Shown in pieces: positions 29,274 through 39,085 of a DNA stretch of 64,000 nucleotides. A model generated the notes under the pieces. It saw only the letters and a list, made by a program, of their open reading frames with translations, ran no database searches and had not been told where the DNA came from. The stretch is from positions 5,015 through 69,014 of the forward strand of contig CAXMRU010000057.1 in the NCBI GenBank assembly GCA_964195715.1. The letters are read 5' to 3'. Position 1 is the first letter of the stretch; the number at the start of each line of letters is the position of its first letter. This DNA is from Akkermansiaceae bacterium. Lineage in GTDB: Bacteria; Gemmatimonadota; Gemmatimonadetes; Palauibacterales; Palauibacteraceae. The position numbers and the translations under genes were made by a program.

Positions 29274-29981
29274 ATGGACAACGGCACACCGCTGATCCGG
29301 ATGGAGGGCGTCAAGAAGGTTTTCTACACGGATGAGATGGAGACGCACGCCCTGGCGGACATTCACCTCGACATTCACGACGGTGAGTTCACGGAAGTGG
29401 TGGGCCCCTCGGGGTGCGGGAAGTCCACGCTCCTGTCGCTGGTCGGGCTGCTGGACACGGCCACGGAGGGTGACTACTGGCTGGACGGCGAGCCCGTGGT
29501 CAAGCTCACGGCCTCGGAGCGGGCCCGGGTCCGGAACCGGCACATCGGGTTCATATTCCAGGCCTTCAACCTGATCGGCGACCTCACGGTATACGAGAAC
29601 GTCGAACTGCCGCTCACATATCGCGGCATGGCCGCCCCCGAGCGCAAGGACCGAGTCCACCGCGCCCTCGAGCGCGTCGGCATGGGCCACCGCATGGATC
29701 ACTATCCGTCGCAGCTCTCAGGCGGTCAGCAGCAGAGGGTGGCCGCGGCGCGCGCCGTGGTCGGCGACCCCTTGATCCTCCTGGCCGACGAGCCCACGGG
29801 AAACCTCGACTCCACAAACGGTGAGGCAGTCATGGACCTCCTGAAGGAGCTCCACGCAGAGGGATCCACCATCCTGATGGTGACCCACGACCCCCGCTAT
29901 TCCAAGTACGCCGAGCGGACCATTCATCTGTTCGACGGGCGCATCGTCGAAGAGCGATCGGCCGAGACGAAGACCGAGTGA
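29274..29981 (+). CDS. ABC transporter ATP-binding protein (MacB/LolD/FtsE-like ATPase), stand-alone
   Basis: Walker A GPSGCGKST, Q-loop, signature LSGGQQQRV, Walker B ILLADEPT, H-loop. GAGGAG RBS. 235 aa with no fused or adjacent permease. Confidence 0.85.
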   Translation: MDNGTPLIRMEGVKKVFYTDEMETHALADIHLDIHDGEFTEVVGPSGCGKSTLLSLVGLLDTATEGDYWLDGEPVVKLTASERARVRNRHIGFIFQAFNLIGDLTVYENVELPLTYRGMAAPERKDRVHRALERVGMGHRMDHYPSQLSGGQQQRVAAARAVVGDPLILLADEPTGNLDSTNGEAVMDLLKELHAEGSTILMVTHDPRYSKYAERTIHLFDGRIVEERSAETKTE

Positions 29982-31351
29982 TCATGAGCGACTACAGAGC
30001 CAGCATTCTCGTCGCCGACGACCAGGCGGACGTCCTGGCGGCGCTTCGCCTGCTGTTGAAGGCAGAAGGTTACGATATCGCCACTGCGTCCTCGCCGGCA
30101 GAGGTCCTCGAGCTCCTGGATCTGGACGAGTTCGACTGCCTGCTGCTGGATCTCAACTACACGCGCGACACGACGTCCGGGCAGGAGGGGCTCGATCTGC
30201 TTCCCCGGATCCAGGCGCTCGACAGCACACTCCCCATCATCGTCATGACAGCGTGGGGAAGCATCGAGAGCACGGTAGAGGCAATGCGGCGCGGAGCCCG
30301 CGACTACATCGAGAAGCCGTGGGACAACGACCGACTGCTCGCCACGATTTCTTCACAGCTCGAGCTGGTGCAGGCGGTCCGGCGAGCGCAGTTCCTCGAG
30401 GCCGAGAACGAAATGCTCCGGGACGCAGATGTACCGGAGCTGATCGCGGATTCGCGAGCGATGCAGCCCGTGCTCCGGCTCATCGAGCGGGTCGGGCCAT
30501 CGGACGCCAACGTGCTGATCACAGGCCAGCCGGGGACCGGAAAAGAAGTAGTGGCCCGCTGGCTGCACTATCGCTCGAACCGGGCGGACCGTCCCCTCGT
30601 GACAGTGAACACGGGCGGATTGTCCGAGGGCGTGTTCGAGAGCGAAATGTTCGGGCACGTGAAGGGAGCGTTCACGGACGCGAAGGCCGACCGGGTCGGT
30701 TACTTCGAGCTCGCAGGCCACGGCACACTCTTCCTGGACGAGATCGGCAACCTGCCCCTCACACAGCAGGCCAAGCTGCTGCGCGTTCTCGAGTCGGGCG
30801 AGTTCCAGCGAGTCGGTACCTCCAAGGCTCGCAAGGTGGATGTGCGCATCCTCACGGCCACCAACTCGAACCTGGAGCGCTCCGTGGCGGACGGTACGTT
30901 CCGCGAGGATCTCTACTATCGGCTGAACACCGTGGAGATCAGCCTCCCGCCGCTTCGGGAGAGACGCGAGGACATCCCGCTGCTGGCAGCCCACTTCCTG
31001 AGGGTCAGCGGCGCAAAGTACGGACGCCCCGACCTGGCGTTCTCGCCCGCAGCTATGGACGCGCTTCTCAGGCACCCGTGGCCGGGTAACATCCGAGAGC
31101 TCAGACATTCTGTCGAGCGGGCGGTCCTTCTGACCGATAACCACCATGTCGAGGTCGAACATCTGGGGCTGCGCCAGGCTGCGGAAGGATCGCTCCGGCT
31201 CGAGGCCGTTCCGCTGGATGAAGCCGAGCGAATTCTGATCCGCAAGGCACTGTCGAGGAACCGGGGAAACGTGAGCCGCGCCGCAAACGACCTCGGCCTC
31301 AGCCGCAGCGCGCTGTACCGTCGCCTGAAGCGCCACGGCCTTCACGCCTGA
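29978..31351 (+). CDS. sigma-54-dependent response regulator (NtrC family)
   Basis: Receiver domain with phospho-acceptor Asp in DCLLLDLNY. AAA+ sigma54-interaction domain (GESGTGKE-like GQPGTGKEVV, GAFTDA, ESEMFGH). C-terminal Fis-type HTH. ATGA overlap with the ABC ATPase gene. Confidence 0.9.
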   Translation: MIMSDYRASILVADDQADVLAALRLLLKAEGYDIATASSPAEVLELLDLDEFDCLLLDLNYTRDTTSGQEGLDLLPRIQALDSTLPIIVMTAWGSIESTVEAMRRGARDYIEKPWDNDRLLATISSQLELVQAVRRAQFLEAENEMLRDADVPELIADSRAMQPVLRLIERVGPSDANVLITGQPGTGKEVVARWLHYRSNRADRPLVTVNTGGLSEGVFESEMFGHVKGAFTDAKADRVGYFELAGHGTLFLDEIGNLPLTQQAKLLRVLESGEFQRVGTSKARKVDVRILTATNSNLERSVADGTFREDLYYRLNTVEISLPPLRERREDIPLLAAHFLRVSGAKYGRPDLAFSPAAMDALLRHPWPGNIRELRHSVERAVLLTDNHHVEVEHLGLRQAAEGSLRLEAVPLDEAERILIRKALSRNRGNVSRAANDLGLSRSALYRRLKRHGLHA

Positions 31352-31372
31352 GGATCTGACAGGAGGCGGCAG

Positions 31373-32716
31373 ATGAACCAGCACGGCGCCAGGCGCCGAA
31401 TCCGCAAGCGACTCACCTACCAGCGAGCAATACCGCTCCTCGCCATGCTTTCTGGTTTACCTGCGGTGCTGGTGACTCTCGTTCTCGTGTGGACGGGCGA
31501 CCACGCCAGCCGGACGCAGTGGACCGTCACCGTCTTCGTTCTCGGCTCCTGGATCTCCCTCCTCATTGCGATGCGCGACCGGCTCGTCAGGCCTCTCCAT
31601 GCGGTCTCCAACATGCTCGAGGCACTGCGTGAGGGAGACTATTCGCTGCGTACCCGGGCACCAGCCAGGGACGACGCGCTGGGCCTCATTCTCCACGAAG
31701 TGAACGAGCTAGCCGGATCATTTCACAATCAGCGGCTGGATGCGCTCGAAGCTTCCAACCTCCTCACCAGAGTAATGACTGTCATCGACGTGGCGCTGTT
31801 CTCGTTCGACGACCAGGACCGTCTACGACTGATCAACCGGACAGGTGAGGACCTGCTCAGCCGCAAGGAAGACGAGGTGCTCGGACACACCGCAGAGGAC
31901 CTCGGACTCAGCGAGTGCCTTCTCGGTGAGACACCCCGGGTGATGGACGTGGCCGTGGCCGAAGGTTTCGGTCGCTGGGAGCTGCGCCGACGCAGCTTCC
32001 GATGGGAAGGACGACCGCACCGGCTGGTCGTTCTCGTGGACCTGAGTCAGGTGCTGCGAGACGAGGAGCGCGTCGCCTGGCAACGCCTGATTCGCGTGCT
32101 CAGCCACGAAATCAACAACTCGCTCACTCCCATCAAATCGATCGCCACGAGCTTAAGCGCCATGCTCGAGCGTGACGGCGACCGGACGGAGCGCGACGAG
32201 GATCTAAAGGAAGGACTACGGGTCATCTCCGGCAGGTCGGAGGCACTGGGTCGGTTCATGTCCTCGTACGCCCGACTGGCGAAACTGCCGCGGCCGCAGA
32301 AGCGAGAGATCAGCGTCCAGGAATGGGTGCAGCGGGTGGCCAGTCTCGAGTCACGGCTCGAAGTGGAGGTGATCGACAGCCAGGACGTTCGCATCGAGGC
32401 GGACGGCGACCAGCTGGACCAGCTGCTGATCAACCTGCTCGACAACGCAGTGGACGCGTCTCTCGAAACAGGTGGAACGGTGCGCATGGGATGGTGCGAG
32501 TCAGATGGATGCGTACAGGTGCGCGTGGAGGACGAAGGGCCCGGTCTCGCTCAGACGGCCAATCTGTTCGTGCCCTTCTTCACGACCAAGCCCAGGGGCT
32601 CCGGCATCGGTCTCGCTCTGAGCCGCCAGATCGCGGAGGCGCACGGCGGACGGGTACGGCTGCACAATCGCAAGGATGGTCCGGGCTGCGTGGCTGAGGT
32701 GCGATTGCCCCTCTAG
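31373..32716 (+). CDS. sensor histidine kinase
   Basis: Two TM helices, HisKA H-box (LSHEINNSLTPI), HATPase_c N/G1/G2 boxes (LINLLDNAVDAS, DEGPGL, GSGIGLALS). Confidence 0.85.
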   Translation: MNQHGARRRIRKRLTYQRAIPLLAMLSGLPAVLVTLVLVWTGDHASRTQWTVTVFVLGSWISLLIAMRDRLVRPLHAVSNMLEALREGDYSLRTRAPARDDALGLILHEVNELAGSFHNQRLDALEASNLLTRVMTVIDVALFSFDDQDRLRLINRTGEDLLSRKEDEVLGHTAEDLGLSECLLGETPRVMDVAVAEGFGRWELRRRSFRWEGRPHRLVVLVDLSQVLRDEERVAWQRLIRVLSHEINNSLTPIKSIATSLSAMLERDGDRTERDEDLKEGLRVISGRSEALGRFMSSYARLAKLPRPQKREISVQEWVQRVASLESRLEVEVIDSQDVRIEADGDQLDQLLINLLDNAVDASLETGGTVRMGWCESDGCVQVRVEDEGPGLAQTANLFVPFFTTKPRGSGIGLALSRQIAEAHGGRVRLHNRKDGPGCVAEVRLPL

Positions 32717-35163
32717 GGCCGCGCGCGGAGGGAGTTAAACAGGAGCGGGAAGGTCGCCAGAGACTGACCGCGGTACTGGGGTCGGATGCCAAAAAGCACC
32801 ACACGACCGCGACCGATGGGAACTTCGACGATGGCCGAGGCGCTGGACAGTACAGATACCCCGTGTACCCAGCCGCTTAGCACTCTCGGCCGTGCTCCAT
32901 ACGTCGCTATTGAAACGGCTGCACTCCCGGCGGGAAGGTCGAACGCGCCTCCGCCTTCGATCCACGCGGCCGGCTGCGGTGGCATGCCTCGCCCGACCGT
33001 CGTAGCCGTGTCTACGTGCAACTGCACTTGCGCACCCGGAGCCAAGAATACGTCTCCAGCCTGACCCCGAAGCCGATCTGTCACCGGAAGTCCGAGCCTT
33101 TCGATGACCCAGCCCGATGAGGCCCCGAGCGCTACGAGAGTTCCACCTTCCTCCACGAACGTTCTCAGCTCCTGCGCGCCGACCGCGCCGAGTCCACCCG
33201 TGTACTGGACCGGCATCGACCCTGTGGCCCAGCCTTCGTCCAGCACGGTCTCCGCGATCGACGGCAGCACGATGCTCGTGAACCTGTGGGCCAGGCCACC
33301 TTGCCTCACCTGTTGATCGTGCACCGTGGCATACGGAATCTCGTGGCGATCGAACAGCCAGCGAGTCCAGCCTTCGTCCGCTACCGGGACCCACGGCTGG
33401 TACAGGCCGACCAACAGTCCTGCCTCGCCTGACACGCCCGGCGCGCGCGGAGGAGACAGCACTGGTGGTCGGTCCATGCGGACCATCTCACCGGCCGGCA
33501 TGCCGCGCACCGCCTCGGCCTCAACGCCCAGAAGGAGCGGAAGGTTGTGCGCCGTGACATCGTACGGTTCTCTGGCGGGCCCACGACTTCCGTCTGGAAC
33601 GCCGGGGTACGCCTGGGGGGCCAGCAGCACCTGGGCGAACGCGGCATACGGCTGGCGCATGTCAACGACCAGACTACCCGGCCGGAACGTCGACGTCCCG
33701 ACACGCAATTCGCCGGTCGCCACCTGGATCTCCACCTGGCCCAACAGCAGAATCCGGGCGAGCTCGGCCATAGAGGCCTCGTTGTCCCGTCCTCCGGGAA
33801 TCACCCATGCCCGGGGCCATTCAGGCCATCCGGCCACTGCCCGCTCTCCGACTGTCACGAAGTTGTCGAGCCACGCCTCCCGGGAACCGGCGGCGCTCTT
33901 CAACAGCGCCAACGCTCCCGATTCCATGTAATCCAGGATGTCCGCCAGGTCCCACCGCCCGCCGGGCCACGGAACGGGCTGGTTCCACGCCGGATACGCC
34001 GGCCAGCCTCCGTCAGTCGCGCGAAGCTCCTCGGGCAGGATGTCGACCGGCGTGGCCATGCGTGCGCTGGCCGTCTCGCTCAAGAGGCGGACCGCAGCAT
34101 GGTAGTGGGCGTAGGCTCGGGCAGGGCCCCACGCGTCGTAGCTGGCGTTCACCACGACGCCCATCTTTCCCTGCTTAAGCAGCTCCCACGCGATGGCCGT
34201 GCCGAGGGCGTTCGCTGCCGCCGTAAGCAGCGGATCTACGTTCGGCTCGATCGGATCGAGCCAGGGCGGGACGAAGTAACGGCTCCCCGTCGGGTCCTGC
34301 TGGTGGATGTCGTGCACGATCTGCGGATGCCACTCGTTGTATACGCGCTCCACCACGCTGCGTGTCTCCACCTGTGTGAAGGCGTTCCAGTCACGGTTGT
34401 TGTCGTGGCCCGCGTAGTGGTGGTAGAGGAACGGGGGAGGGGACCCCTCCCACGGCATGCTCACTGACGCCCGATACCAATCTGCCACCATGTCCACGCC
34501 GTCGGGGTTCAAGGACGGCACGATGAGCACCACGCACTCCCGAAGCACTTTCAGCATCGTCGGATCGGTAGCCGAGGCCAACCGATACGCAAGCTCCAGC
34601 ACCGCCAGAGGCCCTCCAACCTCGGTCGGGTGGATCCCTGTTGTGATCAGGACGACGAGGCGCCCGTTACGAATCAACTCCGCGCGTTCAGCGGGATCGG
34701 CGATCCGGCGTGGATCCGCGAGCCGCGCCTGCACGGCCCTGATCTCTGCGAGGCTCGCCTGGTTCGCGGGGTCCGTGATCGTCGCCAGCACCATCGGGCG
34801 ATCCAGGGTGCTCCGACCGATCGTATCCAGGCGAACCCGATCGCTCTGGCGAGCCAGCGCTTCCAGGTAGCTCGTGGCCTGGTCCCAGTCCACGACGTGG
34901 TAGTCCTCGCCGGGCCGAAAACCGAGGTGCGCCTCGGGAGGATCCGGTGGCAGGCGCAACTCGCTCTCGCCGTCCGGCTCCTGCGCTGGCAGTGGTCCGA
35001 CGACAGCCAGGACGACGAGGAACGGAACAACCACGCGTGGCCACCGGCACGGACGGTTTCGCGGCCGGACTGCGCCGGCGACCGGCTCAGGAGACCAGTG
35101 CCGGAACATCGGCGAGCGAAGTGACGATGTAGTCCGGGCGCTCGGCAGGCATCGCTTCCTCAA
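32713..35163 (-). CDS. secreted M14-family zinc carboxypeptidase
   Basis: Signal peptide. Zn-ligand motifs HPTE and HYAGHDNNRDW of M14 carboxypeptidases. About 800 aa. An alternative start at MFRHW (35109) is possible. Confidence 0.7.
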   Translation of the reverse strand: MRKRCLPSARTTSSLRSPMFRHWSPEPVAGAVRPRNRPCRWPRVVVPFLVVLAVVGPLPAQEPDGESELRLPPDPPEAHLGFRPGEDYHVVDWDQATSYLEALARQSDRVRLDTIGRSTLDRPMVLATITDPANQASLAEIRAVQARLADPRRIADPAERAELIRNGRLVVLITTGIHPTEVGGPLAVLELAYRLASATDPTMLKVLRECVVLIVPSLNPDGVDMVADWYRASVSMPWEGSPPPFLYHHYAGHDNNRDWNAFTQVETRSVVERVYNEWHPQIVHDIHQQDPTGSRYFVPPWLDPIEPNVDPLLTAAANALGTAIAWELLKQGKMGVVVNASYDAWGPARAYAHYHAAVRLLSETASARMATPVDILPEELRATDGGWPAYPAWNQPVPWPGGRWDLADILDYMESGALALLKSAAGSREAWLDNFVTVGERAVAGWPEWPRAWVIPGGRDNEASMAELARILLLGQVEIQVATGELRVGTSTFRPGSLVVDMRQPYAAFAQVLLAPQAYPGVPDGSRGPAREPYDVTAHNLPLLLGVEAEAVRGMPAGEMVRMDRPPVLSPPRAPGVSGEAGLLVGLYQPWVPVADEGWTRWLFDRHEIPYATVHDQQVRQGGLAHRFTSIVLPSIAETVLDEGWATGSMPVQYTGGLGAVGAQELRTFVEEGGTLVALGASSGWVIERLGLPVTDRLRGQAGDVFLAPGAQVQLHVDTATTVGRGMPPQPAAWIEGGGAFDLPAGSAAVSIATYGARPRVLSGWVHGVSVLSSASAIVEVPIGRGRVVLFGIRPQYRGQSLATFPLLFNSLRARP

Positions 35164-35860
35164 GAAGGGCCGGGTCGAACTTCCCTGTCCGAACCTGGAT
35201 CGTGGTCAATCCCGCGGCCCTGCCACCCTGCACGTCTGTCTCGAAGTCGTCACCCACGACGGCGAGGCTCTCCCTCCGTATGCCGAGAAGAGAGGAAGCC
35301 GCGGCGAAGAAAGCGGCCGACGGCTTGCCAACAAGGGTGGCCTGCTGGCGACTGGCGTACTCGAGCGCCGCCACGAACGGGCCAGCGTCCAGCGTCGGCC
35401 CGTCGTCCGTGAGCCAGAACCGGTTACGATGGATCGCCACCAGACGGGCACCGGAGCGCAGGCTCTTGAAGCCCTCGTTGAGCCGCTGGAAAGTGAACCC
35501 GCTACCCAGGTCACCGACGAGAACCGCGTCCGGCCTGTCCTCGGTGATCTCGAAATCGGCAAAATCCGCACGAGTCGACTCGGATACCAACAGGTGCACC
35601 CGCCGCACACCCTCATCCCTCAGCCAGCGGGCGGCCGCCACCGGCGCACTGAAGATCTCCTTTTCCTCCACTACGAGGCCCAGGGAGCCGAGATACGCGA
35701 TGATGTCTGACCGGCACATCCTGCTCGTGTTGGTCGTAAACACGAACGGAATTGCGGAAGCCCGCAACCGATCGATCGCGGCGACGGAGCCGGAGATGAG
35801 CTCGCAGGCCAGATAGACCGTCCCATCCAGGTCTATCAGCAGACCCTCGATCGACCTCAT
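35087..35860 (-). CDS. HAD-IIA family hydrolase (NagD/UMPase-like)
   Basis: Motif I DLDGTVY, motif II FVFTTNTS, C-terminal GD...D motif (VVGDDFETDVQGG). Confidence 0.75.
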   Translation of the reverse strand: MRSIEGLLIDLDGTVYLACELISGSVAAIDRLRASAIPFVFTTNTSRMCRSDIIAYLGSLGLVVEEKEIFSAPVAAARWLRDEGVRRVHLLVSESTRADFADFEITEDRPDAVLVGDLGSGFTFQRLNEGFKSLRSGARLVAIHRNRFWLTDDGPTLDAGPFVAALEYASRQQATLVGKPSAAFFAAASSLLGIRRESLAVVGDDFETDVQGGRAAGLTTIQVRTGKFDPALLEEAMPAERPDYIVTSLADVPALVS

Positions 35861-36026
35861 CCCTCAGACCTCCGCGTCATTCTTCGCGTCCCCGGCAGAT
35901 TGCCGACGATGCCCGGGTTGCCGACGGCTTGCCTCCCCGGCGGCTCTTGCTGCGCGGCGACGGTCGCGCGATGCTTCCACTATAAGCTAGACGCTCTGAC
36001 AAGCCCATGAAACCCGGACGGAAACC

Positions 36027-37274
36027 GTGCCCGAACTGACTCCGTTTCCCGCCCTTCGCTTCACCGACTCCGCCGGTGACATCTCGTCTCTTCTCGCGCC
36101 GCCCTACGACGTCATCGACGACGTCGAGGCTGAGGCCCTGCGGCACCGAAGCGAGCATAATTGTGTACGCCTGATACTGCCCGAAGGCTCTCCGGGCGAG
36201 CGGTACGAAGCCGCCGCGCAGACCCTGCGCGCGTGGATTTCGGACCGTACCCTGGCCATCGACCCGAACCCCTCGGTATACGTGTACAGGCAGGTTTTCA
36301 CTTCCGACGGACAGAAACTCGACCGAATGGCCCTGTTCGCCTCCCTGCGCCTTACGCCGTATGAGGATGGCGAGGTCCTTCCGCACGAGCGAACACATGC
36401 CGGTCCGAAGAAGGACCGTCTCGCCCTCACGCTCGCTACCCGTACCCAACTCTCGCCAGTCTTCATGATCGCCCGGGATCGGGACGAGGAGTTTCTCTTT
36501 CTCGAGCGCGACGTTGTGGCCAGCCCCCCGGATGTCCGGGCCGTTACGCCCGATGGTACCCGGCACGAACTGTGGGTCGTAGGAGGTGAGCGAAGCAGGA
36601 AGCTCTGCGCAGCAGCCGGCTCACACCCACTGCTCATCGCGGACGGTCACCACCGCTACGAAACTGCGCTAGCCGTCGCAGAAACGCTTGGTGATGACGT
36701 AAAGGGGGCATATTTACTGACTTGTGTAGTAAGCCAACAGGACCCAGGGCTCATCGTACAGCCCACCCACAGGGTCCTCTCCCGGCAACCGGAAGCTGTG
36801 GGGGAGGAATTCGACTGGGTGGCCCGGCTCGCGGAGACCTTCGACCTGGAGGACCTGGGTCACATGGACCCGCTCGAGGCCCAGGCACGGGCGGCATCAG
36901 CAGATGGAGGTTCATTCGTTCTCCTCCCGAGCGGCGCAGACCATGCCTGGTTCGCGACGCCGTGCCAGGCGACGCTCGAATCGGCTGGATTTCAGGCAGA
37001 ACGTGGCAGAATCGCGGCCGTGGTCTTCGATGAGCTCGTCCTCGGGGCTCTCTATGGGCTGAGCGCAGACGAAGCCTCGCACTCCGGCGTGCTGTCGTAC
37101 GCTCGTGAACCGGTAGCAGCGGCAGCGCGGGCCGCCACAGGATGCGCGTTCATCCTGCCACCCGTGTCACTCGAGGATGTCTGGGATACAACCACGCGAG
37201 GCGGCCGGCTTCCCCCGAAATCGACGTACTTCGAGCCTAAGATGCCGTCCGGTCTTCTGTTTCGGCCTCTCTGA
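36027..37274 (+). CDS. DUF1015 family protein
   Basis: Conserved DUF1015 blocks (LLAPPYDVIDD, IADGHHRYETALA). Confidence 0.75.
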   Translation: MPELTPFPALRFTDSAGDISSLLAPPYDVIDDVEAEALRHRSEHNCVRLILPEGSPGERYEAAAQTLRAWISDRTLAIDPNPSVYVYRQVFTSDGQKLDRMALFASLRLTPYEDGEVLPHERTHAGPKKDRLALTLATRTQLSPVFMIARDRDEEFLFLERDVVASPPDVRAVTPDGTRHELWVVGGERSRKLCAAAGSHPLLIADGHHRYETALAVAETLGDDVKGAYLLTCVVSQQDPGLIVQPTHRVLSRQPEAVGEEFDWVARLAETFDLEDLGHMDPLEAQARAASADGGSFVLLPSGADHAWFATPCQATLESAGFQAERGRIAAVVFDELVLGALYGLSADEASHSGVLSYAREPVAAAARAATGCAFILPPVSLEDVWDTTTRGGRLPPKSTYFEPKMPSGLLFRPL

Positions 37275-37350
37275 CGAAGTATCACTTCAAGCGAGAGACC
37301 TGCGGATGCCTGTTTGCAGCCACCGGCCTCTCGGGATAGCTTCGGGCGCC

Positions 37351-38274
37351 ATGCATACTACAGAGTCGAGCCCGGACGAGCGCCGGGTCGTCCATGTCGC
37401 GCACAGCCCGGACTCCGACGATGCCTTCATGTTTTACGGACTGGCATCGGGAGCCGTCGAGACAGGCGAGCTGAGCTTCGAACACGAGCTGGAAGGGATC
37501 CAGGAGCTCAACGAGCGGGCCATGCGAGGCGAGCTGGAAGTGACAGCGGTGTCGATACATGCATACGCCTACCTGACTGATCGCTACGTACTCCTTCCGC
37601 ACGGGGCGAGCATGGGCGAGGGGTATGGTCCATGCCTGGTCGGTCGGGAGCCGATGGACAGGGAGGCGATCGCGTCGTCCACGGTTGCGGTGCCGGGCGA
37701 ACTCACGTCGGCCTACCTGGCTCTCAAGCTATGGGAACCGCGGGTCCGGACCGTGGTGATGCCTTTTGACGCCATTCTCGAGGCGGTTCGGGACGGAACC
37801 GTCGAGTTGGGACTCATCATCCACGAGGGTCAGCTCACCTACGCGGACGAGAAGCTCGTCCTTCTGGAAGACCTGGGCCGATGGTGGAAGGAGGACACAG
37901 GCCTTCCTCTCCCCCTCGGCGGTAACGTGATCCGGCGTGACCTGGGTCCGGAGCTGATTCCTCGGATCTCCGATTACCTGCGCAGAAGCATCGCGTTCGC
38001 CCTCGACCACAGGGAGCAGGCGATGGACTACGCCATGGGCTTCGCGAGAGGTCTGGATCGGCAGACCGCGGATGATTTCGTGAGCATGTATGTGAACAGC
38101 CGAACCCTCGACTACGGTGCGGATGGCAGAGAAGCGGTGCGCCTGTTTCTGGCACGGGGGGTCGAGGCCGGGCTCGTACCTGGGCCCGTCGCAGTCGAGT
38201 TCGTGGACCAGGATGTCGCTGGAGAGAATGCGGCGCCAGGTCAGGTACCCGGTTCTCAGGTCACGCTCACGTAG
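37351..38274 (+). CDS. MqnA/MqnD-family protein (futalosine-pathway menaquinone biosynthesis, 1,4-dihydroxy-6-naphthoate synthase-like)
   Basis: N-terminus RVVHVAHSPDSDDAFMFYGLA resembles the MqnD start (GxSPCPNDTFxFYAL). Periplasmic-binding-protein-like fold. Start uncertain (ATGs at 37306 and 37351). Confidence 0.55.
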   Translation: MHTTESSPDERRVVHVAHSPDSDDAFMFYGLASGAVETGELSFEHELEGIQELNERAMRGELEVTAVSIHAYAYLTDRYVLLPHGASMGEGYGPCLVGREPMDREAIASSTVAVPGELTSAYLALKLWEPRVRTVVMPFDAILEAVRDGTVELGLIIHEGQLTYADEKLVLLEDLGRWWKEDTGLPLPLGGNVIRRDLGPELIPRISDYLRRSIAFALDHREQAMDYAMGFARGLDRQTADDFVSMYVNSRTLDYGADGREAVRLFLARGVEAGLVPGPVAVEFVDQDVAGENAAPGQVPGSQVTLT

Positions 38275-38720
38275 GCGTCGAGCTGTTCGATCCCGAGCCC
38301 CGCGATACGCCGGAGAGCCGATCGTCGGGTGACGAAGAGTTCCGAGTTCCCGGCGAGGCCCGTGGCTATGTGAATCGCGCGGGTCAGGCTTCCACCGACC
38401 TGCGCCTTCACCTGGGCCGCTTGCCCCGCGATCGTCGCGGACAGCGCCACGACCTCGAGTCCTGGTAGCGCCGACAGCAGCATCTCGACCCGCACCGCCG
38501 TCGAATCGTGCCCCGATCGATAGGGCTCCGCCAGAAGCTGATACACGCTGATGGCCGACGTTCGCGCTTCGAACTCTCCATCGCGTACGCCGCCGAGAAC
38601 CACCCGGGTGAGAGGCACGTACCTGGGATCAGCAGCCAGATGCAGTGCCAGCACGGCCGCATCAATGTACACGACTCCTGCGTCCCCCAGGGCCTTGCGA
38701 AGACCAGCGGTGTCACTCAC
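38256..38720 (-). CDS. vapC: PIN-domain toxin (VapC-like)
   Basis: 154 aa from a GTG that overlaps the antitoxin stop and is preceded by GGAGGTG. N-terminal VVYIDAAVL (conserved PIN Asp), 8-nt overlap with the upstream AbrB-type gene. Confidence 0.5.
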   Translation of the reverse strand: MSDTAGLRKALGDAGVVYIDAAVLALHLAADPRYVPLTRVVLGGVRDGEFEARTSAISVYQLLAEPYRSGHDSTAVRVEMLLSALPGLEVVALSATIAGQAAQVKAQVGGSLTRAIHIATGLAGNSELFVTRRSALRRIAGLGIEQLDAYVSVT

Positions 38721-38940
38721 CGCGCACCTCCGGCCATAGTTCGCCTGCCGTACCGGCCGAGGCAGCGAGGATTCCCTCCAGCTCGACGACCACGTCGCGA
38801 GGCTCTCTGCGCATTTCGATGACTCCGTCACCTGTGACGGTAACGAGAAGACGGTCTCCCGGCCTGAGACCCAGCGCCGCTCGAGCTTCGCGTGGCACGA
38901 CGATCTGGTGTTTGCTGCTCATTTTCACGGATGAGGACAT
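38713..38940 (-). CDS. vapB: AbrB/MazE/SpoVT-family antitoxin (VapB-like)
   Basis: 75 aa. GGAGG RBS 7 nt upstream of the ATG. SSKHQIVVPREARAALGLRPGDRLLV is a swapped-hairpin (AbrB-type) DNA-binding motif. Confidence 0.6.
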   Translation of the reverse strand: MSSSVKMSSKHQIVVPREARAALGLRPGDRLLVTVTGDGVIEMRREPRDVVVELEGILAASAGTAGELWPEVRGE

Positions 38941-39085
38941 ATCTCCGCCTCCGCTCGGGGGTCCTTTACGGAACAACTTTACGGCGGCACCGTCCCGGCG
39001 CGAAAGGGCTCGAGCGCTGACAGATTACATGAAAACCCTGGATGGCGGCGCAGGGACGCGCATCAACCAGCGACCCTCAAGGAGA

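Noticed and set aside
31373-32716. Possibility that the histidine kinase is an NtrB nitrogen sensor
   Set aside because: It has two TM helices and a periplasmic or membrane-anchored input, unlike cytoplasmic NtrB. It is called a generic sensor kinase only.
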